From positions 104,038,001-104,102,000 of the forward strand of contig NC_086107.1 of the NCBI RefSeq assembly GCF_963921235.1: a DNA stretch of 64,000 nucleotides. The letters are read 5' to 3'. The position numbers and the translations under genes were made by a program. Shown here one piece after another: positions 13,769-25,954 of this stretch. This DNA comes from Mobula hypostoma. Its lineage: Eukaryota. Numbering within the stretch: the stretch's first letter is position 1; each line of letters begins with the position of its first letter. Under the pieces are notes generated by a model. It was not told where the DNA came from and did no database searches. It saw only the letters and a list, made by a program, of their open reading frames with translations.

Positions 13769-14286
13769 TTTCTGGTCACCTCACTATAGGAAGGATGTGG
13801 AAGCATTGGAAAGGGTACAGAGGAAATTTACCAGGATGCTGTCTAGTTTAGAAAGTATGCATTATGATCAGAGATTAAGGGAGCTAGGGCTTTACTCTTT
13901 GGAGAGAAGGAGGATGAGAGGAGACATGATAGAGGTGTACAAGATAATAAGAGGAATAGATAGAGTGGATAGCCAGCACCTCTTCCCCAGGGCACCACTG
14001 CTCAATACAAGAGGACATGGCTTTAAGGTAAGGGGTGGGAAGTTCAAGGGGGATATTAGAGGAAGGTTTTTTACTCAGAGAGTGTTTGGTGCATGGAATG
14101 CATTGCCTGAGTCAGTGGTGGAGGCAGATACACTAGTGAAGTTTAAGAGACTACTAGACAGGTATATGGAGGAATCTAAGGTGGGGGCTTATATGGGAGG
14201 CAGGGTTTGAGGGTCGGCACAACATTGTGGGCTGAAGGGCCTGTACTGTGCTGTACTATTCTATGTTCTATGTTCTATGTTCTATG
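13769..14286 (+). mobile_element. CR1/HER1 LINE 3' fragment (young)
   Basis: Almost identical to the 3' end of 15847-18757; (TTCTATG)n tail. Confidence 0.92.
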
Positions 14287-15846
14287 AAATGTCTAAAAAT
14301 GTTGCCCTGTGAGATAACAGACAGCAGTAACTCCGAAAACCAACCACTGCGGAAGGCAACCCTGACTCAAGAACTCAGAATTTCCCAAGACTGAAGGTGT
14401 TACATATAGTTCAAAGGAAGCATTGTAGATATGGATTTGTTTGAATTGTCCATTGATCTTTAGCACATAAGATGTTGTGTAGTGTTGGGTCAAGCAGACC
14501 CTCTTCTGCTGAAAGGCATCTCAGTATGACCCCTGTTGTATCCCAAACTTACCAGTACCAAACTCCAGTGACTTCATTCACACAACACCAAGGTACAAGG
14601 GGTACCTAATAAAGTGGCCACTGCATGTAATTCTATATTTGGTATAATTGCTGAATGTTGTTTTTTTTTGTTGCATGTAACAATAACACACCACAGCAAA
14701 TTCCCAAAGAACGTAAATGTACCTGGCGAATAAAGTTGAGGAAGTAAAATGCCCTTTCTGTATTTGTGTCTGTTGTCATGGCGACAAGGCTCCCGGAGTC
14801 TTGGGCTATGAGCCTTGGTGATGGGTGATCTTCTCTGCTACTCTCTGGCCTCTCCACTTTTCTGGTGTTCGGCCTGATAATCAGATCCTCTCCTCTGCTA
14901 GAAGGGGGCAAGGGGGGGGGCAATTGGTGGAAGGTGACTAGGTCCATCGCTGGGAAGAAAGCCCTTTGACCTGACTGCACTGAGTGCCCAGAGCTCGGGG
15001 TCACGGGGCTGAAGCAACCTCCCATGTACGCACTAACACTGACACGTCCAGAGTTTGAGATAATGGGCCGTCCGGAAATCAGTAAACCAGCTGAAAATGT
15101 TGGAAGTGTGAGGCCATTCAATGCAATGCTTGTCACCTGATGCCTTTAATATAAATGGGGAGGACTACTGAATGATTGGACCTCTACTGGGGAACTCCAC
15201 CCTCACCTACCTTGTAGAGTGCCTGGATGGAAGATGAGGAAGAGGAAGTGGAGAGTGTAAATACAGACCCTACAGGGAACTCCTTCCCCCCCAATGAAGA
15301 TATTTTCAGGAGATGGCTCAAGTTGGTGGGATTGGGTCCCATGGTTCTTGGGGCTAGGGTCTGACAAGAAATTCATGCCCAACATATGCAAGGTTGATCT
15401 GTAGGGCTCCGCACTCCCAAGACCCCTTCAGCATCCCCGGTGACCAGGGCCCCTGGAGGTGTATAGCTTGCTTCTCCAACGCCCAGTCTGTTCTGACCTC
15501 AGCTGGTCACCTTCATGAGTCAAATGTCATCTTTTATCTCCACCTAAACCCCTGTCAGTTTACAGGCCAGGCTTTTTCTGGGGAGCTCAGGGCAGACTCT
15601 TGGATAGAGGGGATGGGGCGCTGATCCACATGTTACCTCAAAAAGGCACAGCAGCGCCTCTTTCACCTCAGACGATCGAAGCAGTTTGGTATGGGCCCCC
15701 AGATCCTAAGGACTTCCTACAGGGGCACAATTGATAGCATCCTGACTGGCTGCATCACTGCCTGGTATGGGAACTGTACTTCCCCCAATTGCAGGACTCT
15801 GCAGAGAGTGGTACAGGCAGCCCAGCGCATCTGTAGATGTGAACTT

Positions 15847-18757
15847 AACATAGAACACAGAACATAGAACATAGAATAGTACTGCACAGTACAGGCCCTT
15901 CGGCTCACAATGTTGTGCCGACCCTCAAACCCTGCCTCCCATATAAGCCCCCACCTTAGATTCCTCCATATACCTGTCTAGTAGTCTCTTAAACTTCACT
16001 AGTGTATCTGCCTCCACCACTGACTCAGGCAGTGCATTCCACGCACCAACCACTCTCTGAGTAAAAAACCTTCCTCTAATATCCCCCTTGAACTTCCCAC
16101 CCCTTACCTTAAAGCCATGTCCTCTTGTATTGAGCAGTGGTGCCCTGGGGAAGAGGCACTGGCTATCCACTCTATCTATTCCTCTTATTATCTCGTACAC
16201 CTCTACCATGTCTCCTCTCATCCTCCTTCTCTCCAAAGAGTAAAGCCCTAGCTCCCTTAATCTCTGATCATAATGCATACTTTCTAAACCAGGCAGCATC
16301 CTGGTAGATCTCCTCTGTACCCTTTCCAATGCTTCCACATCCTTCCTATAGTGAGGTGACCAGAACTGGACATAGTACTCCAAGTGTGGCCTAACCAGAG
16401 TTTTATAGAGCTGCATCATTACATCGTGACTCTTAAACTCTATCCCTCGACTTATGAAAGCTAACACCCCATAAGCTTTCTTAACTACCCTATCCACCTG
16501 TGAGGCAACTTTCAGGGATCTGTGGACATATACCCTGAGATCCCTCTGCTCCTCCACAATACCAAGTATCCTGCCATTTACTTTGTACTCTGCCTTGGAG
16601 TTTGTCCTTCCAAAGTGTACCACCTCACACTTCTCCGGGTTGAACTCCATCTGCCACTTCTCAGCCCACTTCTGCATCCTATCAATGTCTCTCTGCAATC
16701 TTTGACAATCCTCTACACTATCTACAACACCACCAACCTTTGTGTCGTCTGCAAACTTGCTAACCCACCCTTCTACCCCCACATCCAGGTCGTTAATAAA
16801 AATCACGAAAAGTAGAGGTCCCAGAACAGATCCTTGTGGGACACCACTAGTCACAATCCTCCATTCTGAATGTACTCCCTCCACCACCACCCTCTGCCTT
16901 CTGCAGGCAAGCCAATTCTGAATCCACCTGGCCAAACTTCCCTGGATCCCATGCCTTCTAACTTTCTGAATAAGCCTACCATGTGGAACCTTGTCAAATG
17001 CCTTACTAAAATCCATATAGATCACATCCACTGCACTACCCTCATCTATATGCCTGGTCACCTCCTCAAAGAACTCTATCAGGCTTGTTAGACACGATCT
17101 GCCCTTCACAAAGCCATGCTGACTGTCCCTGATCAGACCATGATTCTCTAAATGCCCATAGATCCTATCTCTAAGAATCTTTTCCAACAGCTTTCCCACC
17201 ACAGATGTAAGGCTCACTGGTCTATAATTACCCGGACTATCCCTACTACCTTTTTTGAACAAGGGAACAACATTCACCTCCCTCCAATCCTCCAGTACCA
17301 TTCCCGTGGACAACGAGGACATAAAGATCCTAGCCAGAGGCTCAGCAATCTCTTCTCTCACCTCGTGGAGCAGCCTGGGGAATATTCCGTCAGGCCCCGA
17401 GGACTTACCCGTCCTAATGTAGTTTAACAACTCCAACACCTCCTCTCCCTTAATATCAACATGCTCCAGAACATCAACCTCACTCATATTGTCCTCACCG
17501 TCATCAAGTTCCCTCTCATTGGTGAATACCGAAGAGAAGTATTCATTGAGGACCTCGCTCACTTTCACAGCCTCCAGGCACATCTTCCCACACTTATCTC
17601 TAATCGGTCCTACCTTCACTCCTGTCATACTTTTTTTCTTCACATAATTGAAGAATGCCTTGGGGTTTTCCTTTACTCTACTCACTGAGGCCTTCTCATG
17701 CCCCCTTCTTGCTCTTCTCAGCCCCTTCTTAAGCTCCTTCCTTGCTTCCCTACATTCCTCAATAGACCCAACTGATCCTTGCTTCCTAAACCTCATGTAT
17801 GCTGCCTTCTTCCACCTGACTAGATTTTCCACCTCACTTGTCACCCATGGTTCCTTCACCCTACCATTCTTTATCTTCCTCACCGGGACAAATTTATCCC
17901 TTACATCCCACAAGGGATCTCTAAACATCGACCACATGTCCATAGTACATTTCCCTGCAAAAACATCATCCCAATTCACACCTGTAAGTTCTAGCCTTAT
18001 AGACTCATAATTTGCCTTTCCCCAATTAAAAATTTTCCTGTCCTCTTTGATTCTATCCTTTTCCATGATAATTATAAAGGCCAGGGAGCGGTGGTCACTG
18101 TCCCCCAGATGCTCACCCACTGAGAGATATGTGACCTGACCCAGTTCATTACCTAGTACTAGATCTAGTATGGCATTCCCCCTGGTCGGCCTGTCCACAT
18201 ACTGTGACAGGAATCCATCCTGGACACACTTAACAAATTCTGCCCCATCTAAACCCTTGGAACTAATCAGGTGCCAATCAATATTAGGGAAGTTAAAGTC
18301 ACCCATGATAACAACCCTGTTATTTTTGCACCTTTCCAAAATCTGCCTCCCAATCTGCTCCTCTGTATCTCTGCTGCTACCAAGGGGCCTATAGAATACC
18401 CCCAGTAGAGTAACTGCTCCCTTCCTGTTCCTGACTTCCACCCATACTGACTCAAAAGAGGATCCTGCTACATTACCCACCCTTTCTGTAGCTGTAATAG
18501 TATCCCTGACCAGTAATGCCACCCCTCCTCCCCTTTTTCCGCCCTCTCTATCCCTTTTAAAGCACTGAAATCCAGGAATACTGAGAATCCATTCCTGCCC
18601 TGGTGCCAGCCAAGTCTCTGTAATGGCCACTACATCATAATTCCATGTATGTATCCAAGCTCTCAGTTCATCATCTTTGTTCCTGATGCTTCATGCATTG
18701 AGGTACACACATTTCAGCCCTTCTACCTTACTGTCTTTACAACGTTTATTCTGCTTC
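15847..18757 (-). mobile_element. CR1/HER1 LINE, 5'-truncated, with near-complete ORF2 (APE endonuclease + RT)
   Basis: 901-aa open frame 18630-15925 with ITETWL, GDFNFP, SDH, DFSKAFDKV, GVPQGSVLGP and FADD. One upstream TGA at 18693-18691. Splits an older LINE fragment (15620-15846 / 18758-19110). Confidence 0.97.
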
Positions 18758-19685
18758 CCACTATTCAGGACATTTACTGAGACAGGTGTGTAAAAAGGGC
18801 CCGAAGGATCATTCGGGACCCAAGTCACCCCAACCACAAACTGTTCCAGCTGCTACCATCCGGGAAATGGTACCACGGCATAAAAGCCAGGACCAACAGG
18901 CTCCAGGACAGCTTCTTCCACCAGGCCATCAGACTGATTAACTCAAGCTGATACAATTGTATTTCTATGTTATATTGATGGTCCTGTTGAACATAATATT
19001 TATCATAAATTACTATAAATTGCACATTGCACACTTAGATGGAGACATTTAGAGATTTTTATTCCTCATGTATATGAAGGCTGTAAGTAATAAAGTCAAT
19101 TCAATTCATCTCCTTTGCCAGGGCCGCCTGACACATTCTTGGGCATTAACATGGCAATCAATATGTCCTGGCCCAGCACAAAGAAGGCATAGGAGGTTAA
19201 GGAGATTTCTGATGGAAGTATCTAGACTGGTCGCATCGGAGCAACTCCCACACATGGGTTTGCAAGAGGCGGCGGAGAGAAGTGGGCATGGGTCTCCCTA
19301 CCATTGACAGATGCTGCCTCAGAAACGACCCGCAGAATCCAGACATGCCCGATTGTCACTGCTACTGTCTGGCAGGTGGTACAAAAGATTTAAGTCTCAG
19401 ACCACTAGGTTGAGGAACAACTACTCTCCTTCAACCATCAGGTTCTTGCACAACACTATCCCTACCTCAGCAAATGGACACTACGGACTACCTCTTGCAC
19501 TACCATGGGCTTGCCTCTTGATTGTGTCTATTTTTGCCCTTGTTTTGCCGTCTTTCTCATGCAGGATTTATATGTTCGTGTTTGAGTACATGATGCACTT
19601 GCAGGAGGTTTTACTGTGTACCTGCACCTCGCGGTGCTTGTGGTGACTACATAGACTCTGCAAAGATCCACGTGAGGGACGTGCG

Positions 19686-20315
19686 GGTCTCCCGGAGAGG
19701 GGCAACTGCTGACAAGATCAGAGAGTAGGCAGGCAGGCAGGTCTCCTGGAGAGGGGCAACTACTGACAAGATCAGAGAGTAGGCAGGTCTACCTGAGAGA
19801 GGCAACTGCTGACAAGATCAGAGAGTAGGCAGGTCTCCGGGAGAGGGGCAACTGCTGACAAGATCAGAGAGTAGGCAGGTCTACTGGAGAGGGGCAACTG
19901 CTGACAAGATCAGAGAGTAGGCAGGTCTACTGGAGAGGGGCAACTGCTGACAAGATCAGAGAGTAGGCAGGTCTACTGGAGAGGGGCAACTACCGACAAG
20001 ATCAGAGAGTAGGCAGGTCTACTGGAGAGGGGCAACTACCGACAAGATCAGAGAGTAGGCAGGTCTACTGGAGAGGGGCAACTACTGACAAGATCAGAGA
20101 GTAGGCAGGTCTACTGGAGAGGGGCAACTGCTGACAAGATCAGAGAGTAGGCAGGTCTCCGGGAGAGGGGCAACTGCTGACAAGATCAGAGAGTAGGCAG
20201 GTCTACTGGAGAGGGGCAACTGCTGACAAGATCAGAGAGTAGGCAGGTCTACTGGAGAGGGGCAACTGCTGACAAGATCAGAGAGTAGGCAGGTCTACTG
20301 GAGAGGGGCAACTGC
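19686..20315. repeat. 46-bp minisatellite, about 13.5 copies
   Basis: Unit agatcagagagtaggcaggtctactggagaggggcaactgctgaca; period checked at 19861, 19907, 20045 and 20275. Confidence 0.97.
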
Positions 20316-20760
20316 AACAGGCAGGCGGGACTTGGGAGAGGAAGTTCGCCGCTTGCGTCACGCCGACGAACTGCCCGGCTTGGTAGGAGTACCGGCCTGA
20401 TCCCCGTCCGCTTGGCGGTGAGGAGAACTTGGAGGAGGTGGATAGAGGGTGAGTGAGCTTACTCGGCGAACCCGGGGACTGCGGGGGCTGCGGGGACTGA
20501 GCTGAGGGCCCGGCTTGCCAGGCCGGAGCCTCGGGCTTTCTGCAACTGCGTTCCGACTTCAGCCGGCGAGTTGGAGGACTGTAAATCGCTCGGTAGTGCA
20601 GCATAAATGAGAGCGATTCCCTCAGGCTCGGGCGGTGCCTGTTGCATATCCTCAACCTGCCCCTAACGCCCTCAAAATTATTCTCTCCCTCCTTTCTGTA
20701 CCTGCCGCCCACTTCTCAGCACTCTTCGCCGTGTTCCACCTATCCCCCCGCATCTACCCT
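20316..20760 (+). promoter_or_regulatory. CpG-rich probable promoter with non-coding first exon (donor at 20449)
   Basis: Local CpG density far above background. GGCGGGA (E2F-like), GGAAGT (ETS-like) and TGCGTCA (CRE half-site) motifs at about 20324-20360. AGG|gtgagt donor after 20448 with no ATG in the putative exon. Confidence 0.6.
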
Positions 20761-20834
20761 GTCCGTTTGCCTTGCCTTTCCCTTCTCCCCTCCCCTCTTA
20801 CATCCTCTCGTTCTCTCATCCACCCTCCCCTCTC

Positions 20835-22460
20835 CCCTTCCCCTCCTCTGAGCTCCCCTCCTCTGAGCTCCCCTCCCCTGATCTCCCCCCCGATCTCCCC
20901 CTCCTCTGATCTCCCCCTCCTCTGATCTCCCCCTCCTCTGATCTCCCCCTCCTCTGATCTCCCCCTCCCCTGATCTTCCCTCTCCCCTGATCTCCCCCTC
21001 CCCTGATCTCCCCTCTCCCCTGATCTCCCCCTCCCCTGATCTCCCCCTCCCCTGATCTCCCCCTCCCCTGATCTCCCCTCTCCCCTGATCTCCCCTCTCC
21101 CCTGATCTCCCCCTCCCCTGATCCCCCCTCCCCTGATCTCCCCTCTCCCCTGATCTCCCCTCTCCCCTGATCCCCCCTCCCCTGATCTCCCCTCTCCCCT
21201 GATCTCCCCTCTCCCCTGATCTCCCCCTCCCCTGATCTCCCCCTCCCCTGATCTCCCCCCCGATCTCCCCTCCCCTGATCTCCCCTCCCCTGATCTCCCC
21301 CCCGATCTCCCCCTCCCCTGATCTCCCCCCGATCTCCCTCTCCCCTGATCTCCCCCTCCCCTGATCTCCCCCTCCCCTGATCTCCCCTCTCCCCTGATCT
21401 CCCCCTCCCCTGATCTCCCCTCTCCCCTGATCTCCCCCTCCCCTGATCTCCCCCTCCCCTGATCTCCCCCTCCCCTGATCTCCCCTCTCCCCTGATCTCC
21501 CCTCTCCCCTGATCCCCCCTCCCCTGATCTCCCCTCTCCCCTGATCTCCCCCTCCCCTGATCTCCCCCTCCCCTGATCTCCCCCTCCACTGATCTCCCCT
21601 CTCCCCTGATCTCCCCTCTCCCCTGATCCCCCCTCCCCTGATCTCCCCTCTCCCCTGATCTCCCCTCTCCCCTGATCCCCCCTCCCCTGATCTCCCCTCT
21701 CCCCTGATCTCCCCTCTCCCCTGATCTCCCCCTCCCCTGATCTCCCCCTCCCCTGATCTCCCCCCCGATCTCCCCTCCCCTGATCTCCCCTCCCCTGATC
21801 TCCCCCCCGATCTCCCCCTCCCCTGATCTCCCCCCGATCTCCCTCTCCCCTGATCTCCCCCTCCCCTGATCTCCCCCTCCCCTGATCTCCCCTCTCCCCT
21901 GATCTCCCCCTCCCCTGATCTCCCCTCTCCCCTGATCTCCCCCTCCCCTGATCTCCCCCCGATCTCCCTCTCCCCTTATCTCCCCTCTCCCCTGATCTCC
22001 CCCTCCCCTGATCTCCCCCTCCCCTGATCTCCCCTCTCCCCTGATCTCCCCCTCCCCTGATCTCCCCTCTCCCCTGATGACCCCCGATCTCCCCCTCCCC
22101 TGATCTCCCCTCTCCCCTGATCTCCCCTCTCCCCTGATGTCCCCCCCGATCTCCCCCTCCCCTGATCTCCCCCGATCTCCCTCTCCCCTGATCTCCCCCC
22201 TCCCCTGATCTCCCCTCTCCCCTGATCTCCCCCTCCCCTGATCTCCCCTCTCCCCTGATCTCCCCCTCCCCTGATCTCTCCCCTGATCTCCCCTCTCCCC
22301 TGATCTCCCCCCTCCCCTGATCTCCCCTCTCCCCTGATCTCCCCTCTCCCCTGATCTCCCCTCTCCCCTGATCTCCCCCTCCCCTGATCTCTCCCCTCCC
22401 CTGATCTCCCCCTCCCCTGGTCTCCCCTCTCCCCTGATCTCCCCCTCCCCTCGCCCCCTC
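20835..22460. repeat. C-rich/G-rich minisatellite, 16-18 bp unit (ctcccctgatctcccc[c/t])
   Basis: About 1.6 kb of tandem variants; the - strand reads GGGGAGATCAGGGGAG. Confidence 0.97.
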
Positions 22461-25400
22461 TCCCCCCAAATATTTTTCCCCTCTGCCCCCTTCCCCCTCA
22501 CACTTCTCCCCTCTCCCGACCTGTAGGAACTTTTGAAGTGGGTGTAACCTTTCTGAGCTCAGCATAACATTGTTTATGGTGTTTCTGACATACTACCTTT
22601 GTAATTATTTACAGGAAATTCAAATGTCACAGGTAGGGTGTAAATATTCCCTGCATTGTGTACGTCTGTGGTGTGAGGTATGCCAATTATGTATGTAATT
22701 AGCCAATTTACCCAATTTCCCTCAGGATCAATAAAGTATGACTATGACTATGAATTGGGAGTTTGGAAAACAAAGAATACAGGCTTTGAGATGAGATGGG
22801 GTTTGTTCTTGTATAGCTGCATGGACCCTAGATCCTGGAGATTGGGAAATCTCTTTCCCGTATTCCCCACCTTATCACAGGGACAAACGTGAACCCTGGA
22901 TAGAGCTCCTCAAGGGTTGGGAGGAAGTGGGAGTCACACCCTCTGTAGAGAAGGCCACTTAACCAGTGGGACCCAATGTTAAATAGTTCCCCATCTTCTG
23001 GGCCTGTTTGTGGGGAGACCGGTCTCTCTTTGCCTCAGGACCTGGCTCTGTCTGGACTTCAGGTTGGGGTTGGTGGGGCTATTCCTTGGGATATTGAGAG
23101 ATTCTGATTCATTGTCCAGATTCATCAGAAGACCTTCTATGCCACTGACCCTGGTGGTGGGAATGTGATGGAGATGGGCCTTGCCACAGCATGTAGCAGA
23201 GGGGGAAGAGATTGTGGTCTGTAACAGAAACGATGGGGTCAATATGGATTTAGGGACTCAGTCAGTGGTAGACTCCACGGCACACTCACTGAGACTCCAC
23301 ACTGAGGAATTACAGGCCTTGTTTTGGGGATAATAATTGGGTCCAACTCTGTGGTGGGAGCTGGTGCTGTCCGTGGGGCTCCTGAGAGGATGGTGAAGCA
23401 TGCAGATACGACCCCTAATGAAGCAGTGTTGGTTTAAGGAGTTTCTTACTGGGCTGCTGAAGCAGAAGGGGTTGGTGAGTGACTCTGTTCCCTCCCCACA
23501 GTGGGGTGTGGGTGATGGCATTTGAGGCAGCAGTGGATGCGAACTTAATCATCACTAGCCTCGGCATTATCGATCGATAGGTTTAACAATCTCCTGGCCC
23601 TCCGAGGAAGGGAGATGTCTGCACTGTTCTGACACCACACGGTTTCTGCTGAGGTGGGTTGGCAATGGGATCTGTGTGGATTATCTCAGCTCAATTTCCA
23701 GTGAGGTAGGTGCTTTATTAGCTCTGATTATCAATTGCTGGAATTCTGAACTAAGGACAGTGCTGGAAACACTCAACAAGTTGAGCAGCCCCTGTGGCGA
23801 TAGAAACTACTTAAGGATAACCTTTCATTGACAGAAACAGTAATGACCACAAATGTGGCCTGACCTGAATATTGAGTGCTTTCTGTTTTTATATTTAGCT
23901 TGACATCGTGGTTACAGAGCCACTTGCATCTCAGTTTGACTTGGTAACGTGCTTTGCAATTTGTAAATATGTACACAGCCAAGCCCAGTATTGTCTGACC
24001 ATCCTTTAATAAAGCTTATGCTCTCTTGAGCTCCATCATTGGTGGAGGTGTGTGTCTGGTGTTACAGTTCCACACCCTGCGAGCTCTCTCCCTTCAAGTT
24101 GTGGCTACATCTTCAAGGATCCAGAGGGAATAGGCAACTCGGACCACACCATTTAAGGGCGCTGTGTTCCCTCTGGGTCTGCCCAGTACAAATTCGCGAA
24201 TACTTGCGTAAGGAACTGCCATCAGTTGGCCCACGGGTCCGCGGGCAGAGCTGATCAGTGCCCACCGCTCTCGGGAGGTAAGTCCCTGTGACTGACCGTG
24301 AGGGTCTTAGAGTTTCTGTGGTTGGGTGCTGGGGAAAGTGTGTGGAGACCTTGGACAAATCCTTCTCGTGGTAGCAAGCAGACAATGTCTGCTGCCTAAA
24401 ACAGGCAGCTTCTGCCTTTTAAGAAACTGGTTATGCTTGGATTAGCTGTGATCTTTGGAATGACAGGGGAGGGCTGAGGGGTTAAGTGATCTGTTCTTGC
24501 TCTAGGTACGCCTATGGTGGCAACATGGGCATGGCAATCATCTGCTTCTGCACTGGGCGCGTACCTCTGACTTGTGCATCTCGACCTGCATGTTTTCTTC
24601 TGTTCTGTCCTTCGCAAAGTGTCAACAGCAGGTGATCTCCCACATTCTTAGTAATTATTGAAGGTTAGTCTCACTGTCTGAAGAGTTAAGACAGTTTGCA
24701 TGGTGAATTGTGATCTCCCCTTTCTGGATTCCTACCTGCCAAAGGAGTGTCAGAGTTATGTTTGTGCCTGAGTGTTCCTGGCGGCACTTGTGATGTTTGG
24801 AATGTGACAGGGTTGGGTTCTCGGTCAAACAGAGCCCTAGGGATAAGGGCAGCAGCAATAGCTTAGTAAAATTCCCTGTACAATTTATCAAATGCTGCCA
24901 GATATATACACCTTTCTTTCAGTTTCATTTCTCCGGAGCTGTTCTAACATTCCACAGTATCAACAAGTCTCTTTGTTCTTTTGTTCTTGTTTGTCTCTCT
25001 GACCTTGTGTCTCTCTGTCTTTTTCTCTCTCTGCCTCTCTCACTTTCTTTGCCTCCCTCTGTATGTGTGTGTGTGTGTCTCTCTATCTCTCCCTCTCCCT
25101 CCCCACCCATTCTCTCTCCCCCTCCTCTCTTTCTTCCCATCCCTCGCCTTTCCCTCCCTCCCCCCATCTCCCTACCATAACTCTCCCTGTGTCTTTCTCC
25201 CCCTTGCACCACCTTCCCCTCTCTCCCCACCCCTTCCTCCACCATCCACAGGGACCGCCACTGGGTTCCCCCCTACTCCCAACTCCCAACCCTGGTTGTT
25301 TCTTGGATGCTCTTTCTAGTCTTCCCAACTAACAGTTGCAAGATGTGTAGAGACTAAGGATCTCACCAGTGAAATATTAATGCAAACACTCACTGCCATT

Positions 25401-25662
25401 CCGGCATTTCATTTTGCAGCATTTTGCATTCCGATTGTCTTGAAGTGAATAATTTTAAACATTTGCAGTGTGTAAATGTGTATTGAAGTTTCTGGGCAAT
25501 GGTACAATTATGCTCAGGAACACAGTACCATTTCCTACAGAATTAAATGCAACTGAAAAAATGATTCCAAATGCTGTACTAAATCCGTACTTATCGGGAC
25601 GACATTCCCGACCTAAACAAATCGGCCGGGGAGTCACCCGGCATTTGGTCCGCTACCTGTCC

Positions 25663-25758
25663 TTACTTTCCCAAGGGCAGTGGCAGGAGGTCGGCAATTG
25701 TCATGGTCTTGCGGCTCCCATCCTGCATGGTCATGTGGACCTCTGTCTTGTCTCCAAA
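25663..25758 (-). CDS. CDA-like paralogue, exon 4 (last coding exon)
   Basis: tttcttgtggcag acceptor. FGDKTEVHMTMQDGSRKTMTIADLLPLPLGK*. The four exons total 405 nt, 134 aa plus stop, with consistent phases. Confidence 0.92.
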   Translation of the reverse strand, partial: FGDKTEVHMTMQDGSRKTMTIADLLPLPLGK

Positions 25759-25954
25759 CTGCCACAAGAAAGGTAGAGAGGGTCAGGGCAAAGTATTGCT
25801 GCCTTCTCGTTCAACACTTGCATTCTCTAAAACAAGACTCTATTCCCGGGGAGCAGATGTGTTGGGGGAGGTAACTGGAGTGGTCACTAGCAGACCCAGA
25901 ACAACACTGGAGAACACTGGAGGTCCTCAGCAGGTCGGCCAGCATCGAGAACAT

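Noticed and set aside
19686..20315. CRISPR-like array
   Set aside because: Units are contiguous with no unique spacers, the context is eukaryotic and there are no cas genes.
20754..22565. 603-aa and 561-aa RG/GE-rich ORFs on the - strand
   Set aside because: By-product of a stop-poor minisatellite, open in several frames with no domain.
23899..24277. Possible + strand exons (23899-23943; donor GAG|gtaagt at 24278)
   Set aside because: Could be 5' UTR exons, but there is no start codon or homology to support a call.
24980..25300. ORFs over the CT/GT-rich tract
   Set aside because: Low-complexity sequence with no coding signal.
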